IMG/VR virus record: IMGVR_UViG_3300017912_003172
Coordinates: 1-41,951 of that record
Strand: one strand, 5' to 3'
DNA length: 41,951 nt
Source of the DNA: a virus
Lineage: Duplodnaviria > Caudoviricetes
Shown here: in pieces, positions 28,889-36,876 of the stretch
How the letters are laid out: every line of letters starts with the position of its first letter
Numbering within the stretch: the first letter of the stretch is position 1
The notes under the pieces: generated by a model
Seen by the model: only the letters and a program-made list of their open reading frames with translations
Databases searched by the model: none
Told to the model about the DNA's origin: nothing
Position numbers and translations under genes: made by a program

Positions 28889-29732
28889 AATCTACATCTT
28901 CTAATGTCATAAACTGATAATCTTCTTTCCCAGTAGCTTGTAATATTTTACTATTGTCAGCACAAGTGTATGTTTGATAATGTGTTAGAAGTTCTACTGG
29001 CATATCAATATATTCAATAGGTTTGTCATACTTAGCCGATATATCTTCTGCTAACGATAAGATTGATTTGGATATGCTTGTTCCAACATTGAATATTCCA
29101 CTTTCAGAGCTTTCTAACATTGCATATTGTAGGTTAAATACATCATTAACATGAATGAAATCTCTATAGAATAGATCACTCTGTTTAAACACTTTAATTA
29201 CTTTATCTGCTTTTACCCATTTGTGGAATAAGCTAGCTTGATATCCTTTCATGTCTTCATAAGGTCCCCAAACATTAAAATATCTAAACCCTTGAACCTT
29301 GATAGGTAATTTACTAAGACTCTTTTGAACTACTCTATCAAATAAATATTTTGACCAGGCATAAGGATTTAACGGCTGTTCTGATGCATTCTCTTCTATT
29401 TGATGCCATTTTGAAATACTACCATATACAGAAGCAGATGAAGCATACTGCATATCAATACCTGCTTCACAACACATCATTAATAACTTATAGCTAAACT
29501 CATAATTATCGTCTAATACTTTTTGAACATTTTGTTCTGTTGTACTAGACCAAGCTCCTAAATGTATAACTTGATCAATACCATCCAGGCTAGGAAACTT
29601 TGTTGAACCATCTGGATTGGTTGGTCTGAATGGTTGAAAACAATACTCAACAACATCATGCCCTTTGTCCTGTAGCAGCTTACTAAAGTTTTGTCCAATA
29701 AATCCTTTTGCTCCAGTTAATAAAATTCTCAT
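28866..29732 (-). CDS. hldD: ADP-L-glycero-D-manno-heptose 6-epimerase-like extended SDR
   Basis: TGAKGFIG, HLGA.SSTTE, YASSASVYG, PLNPYAWSK, FRYFNVWG.E, RDFIHV, YQTYTCAD. Confidence 0.85.
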   Translation of the reverse strand: MRILLTGAKGFIGQNFSKLLQDKGHDVVEYCFQPFRPTNPDGSTKFPSLDGIDQVIHLGAWSSTTEQNVQKVLDDNYEFSYKLLMMCCEAGIDMQYASSASVYGSISKWHQIEENASEQPLNPYAWSKYLFDRVVQKSLSKLPIKVQGFRYFNVWGPYEDMKGYQASLFHKWVKADKVIKVFKQSDLFYRDFIHVNDVFNLQYAMLESSESGIFNVGTSISKSILSLAEDISAKYDKPIEYIDMPVELLTHYQTYTCADNSKILQATGKEDYQFMTLEDVDSTLHAVP

Positions 29733-30610
29733 AATTCAGCCTCACTCGCTTCTTTCCAATCTTGTTTAGTAATGGTGTATGTGCCACTTTTGGATACAGA
29801 CAATCCAGCTAGTCGATTTGCAATTCTCGTAGCTCTTGATACAGACCACTGAAACTCTAATCCTAGTACTAACCCAGCCATAAACACATCTCCAGCACCA
29901 GTAACATCACTAACTTCTTCTACAATTGATTCATAATGTTCTAACGAATCACCCACTAGTAGCACACCATCCTCACCTAATGTAATTATCAAATATTGCA
30001 GTTCTAAATGATCTCTTGTTAGTTGTGCTTTGGCCATAAGTTCTTTGGGTGTTGGACACTTACCAACATAATCTTCAAACTCTTTTAGATTAGGTTTGAT
30101 TAGATATGCACCTTTGTACTTATCTAGTTTTAACTTAGGATCAACTACTACTCTACACTTTGCTTCTTGTATAAACTTCAGTGGATCTTTAATCGATCCT
30201 TTGTTATAGTCTGATAAAATAATATGATCTTCTTTCTTTTGCTCAGAAGACCAATGATCATGAAATGTATCTTCAAGTTGTGTATCAGCAATCCACTCTT
30301 CATCATCTATCCGAGACATATATCTTCCATTTGACATAACTCTAGTCTTCAAAGGAATCTTGTTTGTCTTAGGTAACCAAAAGTTTGCCTGATCCTGATA
30401 AAACAACTTTTTATTAGCTTCATCCCAATAACAACTTAACCTGGTATTAGGCATTACAGCTGCAATGTTTTTCCAAACATTGCCACAGCCACCCCATCTC
30501 TTTTCACGGGAGTGTAAGTCTACAATGGGGACTGGAGCTTCTGGAGATATACGTGTTGTAGTTCCGTATAAATATTCATCGATAATCATATCACCAGTTA
30601 CATAAATCAT
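29729..30610 (-). CDS. hldA: D-glycero-D-manno-heptose-7-phosphate kinase (stand-alone HldE domain I, PfkB family)
   Basis: GDMIIDEY..G...RISPEAPVP, LSDYNKG, VDPK, KPNLKEF, DVTGAGD. Confidence 0.9.
   Translation of the reverse strand: MIYVTGDMIIDEYLYGTTTRISPEAPVPIVDLHSREKRWGGCGNVWKNIAAVMPNTRLSCYWDEANKKLFYQDQANFWLPKTNKIPLKTRVMSNGRYMSRIDDEEWIADTQLEDTFHDHWSSEQKKEDHIILSDYNKGSIKDPLKFIQEAKCRVVVDPKLKLDKYKGAYLIKPNLKEFEDYVGKCPTPKELMAKAQLTRDHLELQYLIITLGEDGVLLVGDSLEHYESIVEEVSDVTGAGDVFMAGLVLGLEFQWSVSRATRIANRLAGLSVSKSGTYTITKQDWKEASEAEL
30567..30574 (+). promoter_or_regulatory. Candidate late promoter TATAAATA for hemO-pcyX, inside the antisense strand of hldA
   Basis: Exact consensus ending 57 bp before the ATG at 30632. 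There is no intergenic room for another promoter. Confidence 0.6.
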
Positions 30611-30631
30611 TATTCACCTATGGAGTTTGTT

Positions 30632-31192
30632 ATGGCTTTAAAAGACCTTGTACAAGATGTTCATACAAAAGCAGAGAATGAAGCTTTTGCAAAGTTACTT
30701 ATGTCAGGGGATATCAACCCCACTCAGTATGCTGCCTACTTATTCAATCAAGAACAAGCGTATCGAGCTCTAGAAGCTCAAGCAGATAAGCATGGTATAT
30801 TAGATAACATTCCAGAAATCCGACGAGCTGATAAAATCAAACAAGATTTCAAAACTTGTAGGTTTATGAGAGTTATAAAACCAGGTCAGGAAGATCCTGT
30901 TAGACGTTTACCTAGTGTACAGCTTTACGTTGATTATGTCAACAGGGGATTGACAGAAAATCAATGTTGGGCTCACATATATGTTAGACATTTTGGGGAC
31001 ATGTATGGTGGTAATATGATATCCAAACGAATTACATTCATGGAACATCAGATGTACAGTTTTGATCGTAAGAAAGAATTAATTGCTGACGTACGCTCTA
31101 AGCTATCTGATAATATGGTAGATGAAGCTATATTAGTATTTGATTACGCAATCAAGTTATTTAAGGATTTGAAAAATGAGTTTAATCTTTGA
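30632..31192 (+). CDS. hemO: Heme oxygenase (phage HemO/Ho1 type)
   Basis: Proximal His in VHTKAEN, Y..YL.NQ..AY..LE, HIYVRHFGDMYGG. The ATG at 30632 has SD GGAG at 30622-30625; 30620 is an alternative start. Confidence 0.9.
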   Translation: MALKDLVQDVHTKAENEAFAKLLMSGDINPTQYAAYLFNQEQAYRALEAQADKHGILDNIPEIRRADKIKQDFKTCRFMRVIKPGQEDPVRRLPSVQLYVDYVNRGLTENQCWAHIYVRHFGDMYGGNMISKRITFMEHQMYSFDRKKELIADVRSKLSDNMVDEAILVFDYAIKLFKDLKNEFNL

Positions 31193-31835
31193 CCGATTAG
31201 AACAGTTCAGTCTACGTGTGATGAATAGAGTTCATGCTTACTCTACTGATCAACATAAACACGACTTTGAATGGCCTGCATTGACTTACCGAAATCCAGC
31301 ATTGTTTAGAAGAGCTGACTTAGACATCATTGATGCTAGAAAAGATCGTAAGCTATGGATGATGCACCTTTGTGTATATCCTCATCTAAACGATCCTGCT
31401 CCAATATATGGTTTTGATATTATTGCTGGACCTAACAAAGTGACAGGAGCATTCCACGACTTCAGTCCTGTTGATCCTAATCATTTTATCATGCAAGAGT
31501 TCCATGGTCGCGCAGCAAAGTTTATTCCATCTAAGAAAAGAGAGTTACCAGAATGGGCTAGAAACATCTTTAGTGGTTCTATGATATCAGCTGGTAATGT
31601 AAGAGATACAAAAGAGCTAGATGAATTGCTCGATCTTGCTTTTACTAATCTGGAATACTTCTTACAGAATATTGGAATGGAAACAGAGAATGATTATACA
31701 AAAGAACATAACTGGTATGCAATCAATCAAAAGAAGAATCCACACACACCAAGAGTGATGGAAAATATGGGAGTAGCTCCTGATATTGTTAGGAAATATA
31801 TAGACGAATGTCTATTTCCTGAGATTACAGAGTAG
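31176..31835 (+). CDS. pcyX: Ferredoxin-dependent bilin reductase, PcyX-like
   Basis: FRRA.LD..DAR...LWMMH.C.YP....PIYGFD.IAG..K.TGAFHDFSP, RELPEWA..IFS, Q..NPHT; directly after hemO. Confidence 0.82.
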   Translation: MSLIFDRLEQFSLRVMNRVHAYSTDQHKHDFEWPALTYRNPALFRRADLDIIDARKDRKLWMMHLCVYPHLNDPAPIYGFDIIAGPNKVTGAFHDFSPVDPNHFIMQEFHGRAAKFIPSKKRELPEWARNIFSGSMISAGNVRDTKELDELLDLAFTNLEYFLQNIGMETENDYTKEHNWYAINQKKNPHTPRVMENMGVAPDIVRKYIDECLFPEITE

Positions 31836-32394
31836 CTTCAAAGTCTGCTAACGAATCATATATCTTTGTAACCTTCTTTAACTTTTTGTTTGCAAACGAG
31901 TTTAATTTCTTTTGTGTTTCTTCTGTTGGATTAATTAACACAGGCTTTGCTTTAACTTTGAATGCAGCTTTTGCATCATGTATATTATGACCCACATACC
32001 AACCTTTGTTAAACTTAATATGTGGAAACTCTCTTTCACATCTTTTGAACATGCCTGTTGATGGTTTAACATATATGTCTTGCTTTTCTGTTCCAATAGA
32101 ATAGAACATTGTATCAATAGACATAATACCAGCATCACCAAATATCTTCATTAGTTTTTCATTTTGTGCTTCAACATCTGCAATCTGACGTCCTCGTTCA
32201 TCATTCAACATAACAAACTTGTATCCTTTTAATCGGATTTGACGTATTGCTTCTAATGCACCTTCAATCATTTCCATTGACGATCCAACAGTAAATACGT
32301 TTCTACGATCAACTCCAATAACTGGTTTTGGAAAATTAATTGGCCAATCATTAGAAGTTGCAACTAGAGATGTTTCTAATATACTATTTGCCAT
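31825..32394 (-). CDS. gmhB: GmhB-like HAD phosphatase with degenerate catalytic motifs
   Basis: IGVDRRNV (canonical DRDG), GALEAIRQIRLKGY, YVKPSTGMF, YVGHNIHD.KAA; located in the heptose cluster. Confidence 0.7.
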   Translation of the reverse strand: MANSILETSLVATSNDWPINFPKPVIGVDRRNVFTVGSSMEMIEGALEAIRQIRLKGYKFVMLNDERGRQIADVEAQNEKLMKIFGDAGIMSIDTMFYSIGTEKQDIYVKPSTGMFKRCEREFPHIKFNKGWYVGHNIHDAKAAFKVKAKPVLINPTEETQKKLNSFANKKLKKVTKIYDSLADFEATL

Positions 32395-33277
32395 TGTTTA
32401 GATATGCCAGAACGGCTCCTTCTGCTGATCCTGTATCACTTGGATTAGGTGGAATGTATACGTTATCCCAACGTTGTTCTGCTTTGGTTTGTATACATCC
32501 ATTAAAAGCAACACCACCACTTACAACAACGTTTTTACTATCAGAAAGATTCTTTGCTTGCCAAAATACAGCTGATATCATTTGTTCAAACATAATCCTA
32601 GCGGCTTTTGCTATCTCTTTATTACTATAATCTGGCCACATACCTCGAACACCTCTATGCAAGTTTTTCTTAAACTTAGGCAGCGGAGTAAACTGTTTTA
32701 CTAGATCTATCTCCATACGAGTTTCTAACATCGAGAATGGTAAATGACTTTCCTTTGATAGTCTTTCAAATGTAGATTCGTCTCGTTGAGGTTTCAATCC
32801 AATTCTGTCTGTCATTGCAGAATAAAATAATCCAAGACTGTGAGGATACTTTGCTGATTGTAACTTTTTCATCTTACCATCTTTTGCATGCCATATTGAT
32901 GTACAATCAAACTCACCAATACTATCCAACACAACAATTGTCGCATCTTCAAAGCCACTTTTGTAAAATGCTGCTGCGTGTGATTCGTGATGACCAACAT
33001 AAGTCCACTTACAATTTATGTTAAGATCTCTTAGATATCTTTTTATATTATTACGTCTAAATGGTTTTGGTTGACCTGCTATCAGTTGTCTAAGAGATTT
33101 CAAGTATGGATTTTCATACCATACAACTAAATCTGGTTCACCATATGCTTCTGCTTCTACTATAGCTTTAAGAGTATGTCTACGGCCTTTACCAGAAATA
33201 GTTTTGATATATTCTTTATCTTTAAAAATAGCAATTGCCCAATCATGGCCGTTTTTAGACATACCCCATATAATCAT
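32384..33277 (-). CDS. Carbamoyltransferase N-terminal (Kae1-like) domain only
   Basis: IWGMS..GHD, WYENP, HHESHAA, VLDSIGE, YPHSLGLFYSAMT..IG.KP..DE, SGGVAFN, PSDTGSAEGA. No YrdC-like domain. Confidence 0.85.
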   Translation of the reverse strand: MIIWGMSKNGHDWAIAIFKDKEYIKTISGKGRRHTLKAIVEAEAYGEPDLVVWYENPYLKSLRQLIAGQPKPFRRNNIKRYLRDLNINCKWTYVGHHESHAAAFYKSGFEDATIVVLDSIGEFDCTSIWHAKDGKMKKLQSAKYPHSLGLFYSAMTDRIGLKPQRDESTFERLSKESHLPFSMLETRMEIDLVKQFTPLPKFKKNLHRGVRGMWPDYSNKEIAKAARIMFEQMISAVFWQAKNLSDSKNVVVSGGVAFNGCIQTKAEQRWDNVYIPPNPSDTGSAEGAVLAYLNNGK

Positions 33278-33675
33278 GCTTTCCGCTTCTTTTCTCTTTG
33301 AGAGTCACCCATGGAAACTCTATAGTTATCTTCTACTGAATCTGGAGTTGATACTTCTAGAATTGTTCCTGCTTCAACACATATAACTTGATGTGGAACA
33401 AAAGGTTCGTTTCTATGAACTCCTCCAGCTTCTAATCTCTTTCGCGTAACAGATGCATCCTTTGTATCGATCACAAGGACATCAAATACACCATCTAACA
33501 CATACCAGGCTTCATCTTTCTCTCTATGAAAGTGCATAGAAAACTTTGCACCTTTATTAAACTTTAGAAACTTACCACAGTATTTGTCGTTGGTGACCCA
33601 AATAAATTCATGGCCCCAACCCTTTTCTACAAAACCTTTCAGCTGTGTTTTATCGCTCTCTACCAACGAAGTCAT
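33274..33675 (-). CDS. Cupin (mannose-6-phosphate isomerase type II C-terminal-like) sugar isomerase/epimerase
   Basis: VEKGWGHE, FSMHFHREKDE, PHQV, EVST.D...D.YRV..GD. Confidence 0.8.
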   Translation of the reverse strand: MTSLVESDKTQLKGFVEKGWGHEFIWVTNDKYCGKFLKFNKGAKFSMHFHREKDEAWYVLDGVFDVLVIDTKDASVTRKRLEAGGVHRNEPFVPHQVICVEAGTILEVSTPDSVEDNYRVSMGDSQREKKRKA

Positions 33676-34060
33676 CCGTTATCCTCTCAATAAATTTAGT
33701 GGTTGAATAGCCTTTAATAGTGGGAATAATTTTTACTGGTGCAAGATCGTTACCAACAACATCAGTTGGTTTGTAATCTCCACCTTTAGTTATTAAATCA
33801 GGTCTAATCCATCTTATAAGTTCAATCGGTGTATCTTCGTCAAATATGTAAACCTTATCTACAAACGATAAACATTCCAACGCAAACTTTCTATCTTCTT
33901 GAAACCATCTTGGTCGATTAGATCCTTTTAATTTAATAACACTCTTATCAGAATTGATTCCTACAATCAGTCTGTCACCCCAGAATGCTGATTCCTTTAA
34001 ATACTCTAAGTGACCTCGATGTAGAACATCAAACACTCCATTAGTAAAAACTGTTTTCAT
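33650..34060 (-). CDS. hldC: Heptose-1-phosphate nucleotidyltransferase (stand-alone HldE domain II)
   Basis: MKTVFTNGVFDVLHRGH (HxGH), GINSD.SV..LKG..RP, FDEDTP, KGGDY, GYSTT. Start at 34060 preferred over the track's 34087. Confidence 0.9.
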   Translation of the reverse strand: MKTVFTNGVFDVLHRGHLEYLKESAFWGDRLIVGINSDKSVIKLKGSNRPRWFQEDRKFALECLSFVDKVYIFDEDTPIELIRWIRPDLITKGGDYKPTDVVGNDLAPVKIIPTIKGYSTTKFIERITDDFVGRER

Positions 34061-34075
34061 AGCATATTCCAAACA

Positions 34076-34083
34076 TATAAATA
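34076..34083 (+). promoter_or_regulatory. T4-type late promoter TATAAATA for the neck-to-terminase operon
   Basis: Exact consensus, context AAACATATAAATA, upstream of gp13. Confidence 0.85.
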
Positions 34084-34091
34084 ACACTAAA

Positions 34092-34120
34092 AGTATACAT
34101 CATTTTAGTGTAGGATACAA
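34092..34120 (-). promoter_or_regulatory. Sigma70-type promoter TTGTAT-N17-TATACT driving the heptose operon
   Basis: Minus strand: -35 at 34120-34115, -10 at 34097-34092, 17-bp spacer, 31 bp before the hldC ATG. Confidence 0.62.
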
Positions 34121-34121
34121 C

Positions 34122-34877
34122 ATGGCTGTTCCAAATAGTAGAGACACCTTGATTGATTATTGCAAGCGTAGATTAGGCGATCCAGTAATTGAAATCAATG
34201 TTGACCCAGATCAATTAGAAGATCGAGTAGACGATGCGCTTGCATTGTACCAAGAATACCATTCAGATGCAACGGTAAGAACATATTTAAAACATCAACT
34301 GACTGCAGATGATATTGCTAACAAGTATATCCCTGTATCCAATGATGTTATATATGTCTCAAAACTAATGCCATTTGGTAGCAGTGCGCTTGGTGGAACA
34401 GGAATGTTCTCAATCAAATATCAAATGCATTTACACGATTTTGCTGACTTACATAACTTTGGAGGAGATCTGGCATACTATCATCAGATGAAAATGTATC
34501 TTGAAACATTAGATATGCATTTAAACGGGTCACCAATTGTTAACTTCCAACGTAGACAGAATAGATTATATATCTTCGGAAACATTGAAGACGAAGATAT
34601 TAAAGAAGGTCAATATATTGTAGCTGAAGTATATGCTATAGTTGATCCAGATACGCATACTTCAGTATACAACGATATCTTTATGAAAGATTACACCACA
34701 GCCTTAATCAAACAGCAATGGGGTGCTAACTTGATTAAGTTTGAGGGCATGCAGTTGCCTGGTGGAGTGATGCTGAATGGCCGTCAGTTGTACGATGATG
34801 CAACCAGCGACATAGAGCGCCTTAGAGAGAACTTGAGACTCGAGCAGGAACTTCCACCAGACTTTTTTATAGGTTAA
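34122..34877 (+). CDS. gp13: Neck protein gp13
   Basis: LIDYCKRRLGDPVIEINV, KQQWGANLIKFEGMQLPGGVMLNGRQLY. Confidence 0.93.
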   Translation: MAVPNSRDTLIDYCKRRLGDPVIEINVDPDQLEDRVDDALALYQEYHSDATVRTYLKHQLTADDIANKYIPVSNDVIYVSKLMPFGSSALGGTGMFSIKYQMHLHDFADLHNFGGDLAYYHQMKMYLETLDMHLNGSPIVNFQRRQNRLYIFGNIEDEDIKEGQYIVAEVYAIVDPDTHTSVYNDIFMKDYTTALIKQQWGANLIKFEGMQLPGGVMLNGRQLYDDATSDIERLRENLRLEQELPPDFFIG

Positions 34878-34878
34878 C

Positions 34879-35748
34879 ATGGCACGCAATATATACTTTT
34901 CAGATGCTGTTCGATCGGAACAGAGACTGTATGAAAGCATTATTATAGAATCATTAAAGATGTATGGACAAGATCTGTACTATCTGCCAAGGACTATTGT
35001 CAATGAAAATCAAATATTTGGAGAAGATGTTCCATCACAGTTTAACAACAGTTACAAGATTGAAATGTATATTGAGAACACAGAAGGATTTGATGGTGAA
35101 GGAGATTTGTTCACCAAGTTCGGTGTTGAGATCAGAGATGAGGCTACTTTTGTTGTCTCTAGAAAACGTTGGAATCATACGGTTGGTCAAGCAAATAATG
35201 AAATAGAAGGTGAACGTCCGAGAGAAGGTGACATCATTTATCTTCCTTTATCAAACTCTATGTTTGAAGTAATGCATGTAGAACATGAACAACCATTCTA
35301 TCAACTAGCTAATCTACCTGTATTTAAGATGAGATGTCAACTGTTTGAATACAGCGGTGAGGATCTTGATACTGGTGTTGATGTAATTGATGGTATTGAA
35401 GTTGACTCAAGTTATACTTTTGAGTTGACTTTATCTTCAGTTACTGGTACATTTAAAGTAGGTGAGATGGCCGAACAAACTCTTAGTTCAGGTGTCAAGC
35501 TAAAAGGTGAAGTTTCAGGTTGGCAAGCATCGACAGGTAAACTAAGTCTGATTCACTTTGGTGGAGATGATGGTAAGTTCCATCTACCTGTTGATCAAAT
35601 AACAATTCGTGGTAAAGATACAAATGCTGTTGGTACTGTTGACAGTGTTGTTGAAAGAGATCTATCTTACGATAATGAGCAAAATGATTTCTTTGGAGGT
35701 GACTTCTTAGACTTCAGTGAAGCTAACCCATTTGGAGATCCTAGCTAA
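34879..35748 (+). CDS. gp14: Neck protein gp14
   Basis: ESLKMYGQD.YYLPR, IEMY.....GF.G.GDLFTKFG, RPREGD.IY.P, DFSEANPFG. Confidence 0.93.
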   Translation: MARNIYFSDAVRSEQRLYESIIIESLKMYGQDLYYLPRTIVNENQIFGEDVPSQFNNSYKIEMYIENTEGFDGEGDLFTKFGVEIRDEATFVVSRKRWNHTVGQANNEIEGERPREGDIIYLPLSNSMFEVMHVEHEQPFYQLANLPVFKMRCQLFEYSGEDLDTGVDVIDGIEVDSSYTFELTLSSVTGTFKVGEMAEQTLSSGVKLKGEVSGWQASTGKLSLIHFGGDDGKFHLPVDQITIRGKDTNAVGTVDSVVERDLSYDNEQNDFFGGDFLDFSEANPFGDPS

Positions 35749-36542
35749 TGTTTGGTAATTATTATTATCACCAACGGATACGTAAATCTGTATCGGCTTT
35801 TGGTGCAATGTTCAATAACATATATGTAATCAGAAAGAACTCTGGTGGTGATGTTATTAGTACTGTCAAGGTTCCATTATCGTATGGACCAAGAGCAAAG
35901 TTTTTAGATAGAATTAGAGAACAAGCTGATCTTGTAACTGATACCAAAGTTGCAATCAAACTACCTCGAATGTCTTTCGAGATTACTAATATATCATATG
36001 CTGCTGAAAGACAACTGCCAAGATTAGGAAAACAAAATCTAACATCTCCTACTGACAGTACAAAGAAGACAAAGTTATACCAGGGTGTTCCTTATACTCT
36101 ATCATTTCAATTAAGTGTCTATGCTAAGAATCAAGACGATGCGCTTCAAGTTGTAGAACAGATACTGCCTTATTTCCCCCCACAGTATAATCTAGCTATG
36201 AAGCCATTTGAAGATTACCCCCAGATTAAGCATGACGTGCCAATCATATTGACTGGTGTAGTGTTAAATGATGAGTATGAGGGACCAATGGAGTCTCGTA
36301 GAACAATCATATATACATTAGACTTTGATATGCATATTCAGTTCAACGGACCACTTAATGATGGTAGTGCAATCATTAGAAAAGTTGATGCTGATTTGGG
36401 TACATTCTCTAATACTGGTGTTCTAGATTCTGATCAATCAAAACTTGAAACTGTTACTGTAACTCCTAATCCTATAGACGTTGGATTAGACAGTGACTTT
36501 GGATTTAATATTGATGTGAACCCGTACACGGATAGTGGATAA
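35748..36542 (+). CDS. gp15: Tail sheath stabilizer / tail terminator gp15
   Basis: YYH..IRK....FG..FNNI, KVPLSYGP..KFL.R, LPRMSFE, QVVEQILPYF.P. Confidence 0.93.
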   Translation: MFGNYYYHQRIRKSVSAFGAMFNNIYVIRKNSGGDVISTVKVPLSYGPRAKFLDRIREQADLVTDTKVAIKLPRMSFEITNISYAAERQLPRLGKQNLTSPTDSTKKTKLYQGVPYTLSFQLSVYAKNQDDALQVVEQILPYFPPQYNLAMKPFEDYPQIKHDVPIILTGVVLNDEYEGPMESRRTIIYTLDFDMHIQFNGPLNDGSAIIRKVDADLGTFSNTGVLDSDQSKLETVTVTPNPIDVGLDSDFGFNIDVNPYTDSG

Positions 36543-36546
36543 TGAT

Positions 36547-36876
36547 ATGGCTGATTCTGATAATGTAGACAACGATATTGAGTTTGCTCGTAGAAACTAT
36601 TACGATATTCTTGTCAAAGGAAGTGAAGCAATGGAAGAGATGATGGATGTAGCAAGAGCTACAGAACATCCTCGAGCATACGAAGTCTTTTCAACTATGA
36701 TGAAAACCATGGCAGATGTTAATGGTAATCTAGTTGATCTTCACAAAAAGAAAAAAGATATTAAGAAACAAGATGCACCAGTTGCTTTACCTGGTACAAC
36801 CAATAATAATGTTTTTGTAGGATCTACTGCAGATTTGCAGAAGATGTTGATGAAGGACATCACTCCGGATGAATGA
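36547..36876 (+). CDS. gp16: Terminase small subunit gp16
   Basis: D.EFAR.NY, A...EHPRAYEV, NNNVFVGSTADLQKML. ATG at 36547 preferred over the GTG at 36535. Confidence 0.92.
   Translation: MADSDNVDNDIEFARRNYYDILVKGSEAMEEMMDVARATEHPRAYEVFSTMMKTMADVNGNLVDLHKKKKDIKKQDAPVALPGTTNNNVFVGSTADLQKMLMKDITPDE

Noticed and set aside
30632-31835. Calling the cassette cyanophage ho1-pebS or ho1-pcyA and the host a cyanobacterium
   Set aside because: The motifs (DAR...LWMMH, GAFHDFSP, NPHT) fit PcyX better, and no photosynthesis genes are in the window. The host remains undetermined.
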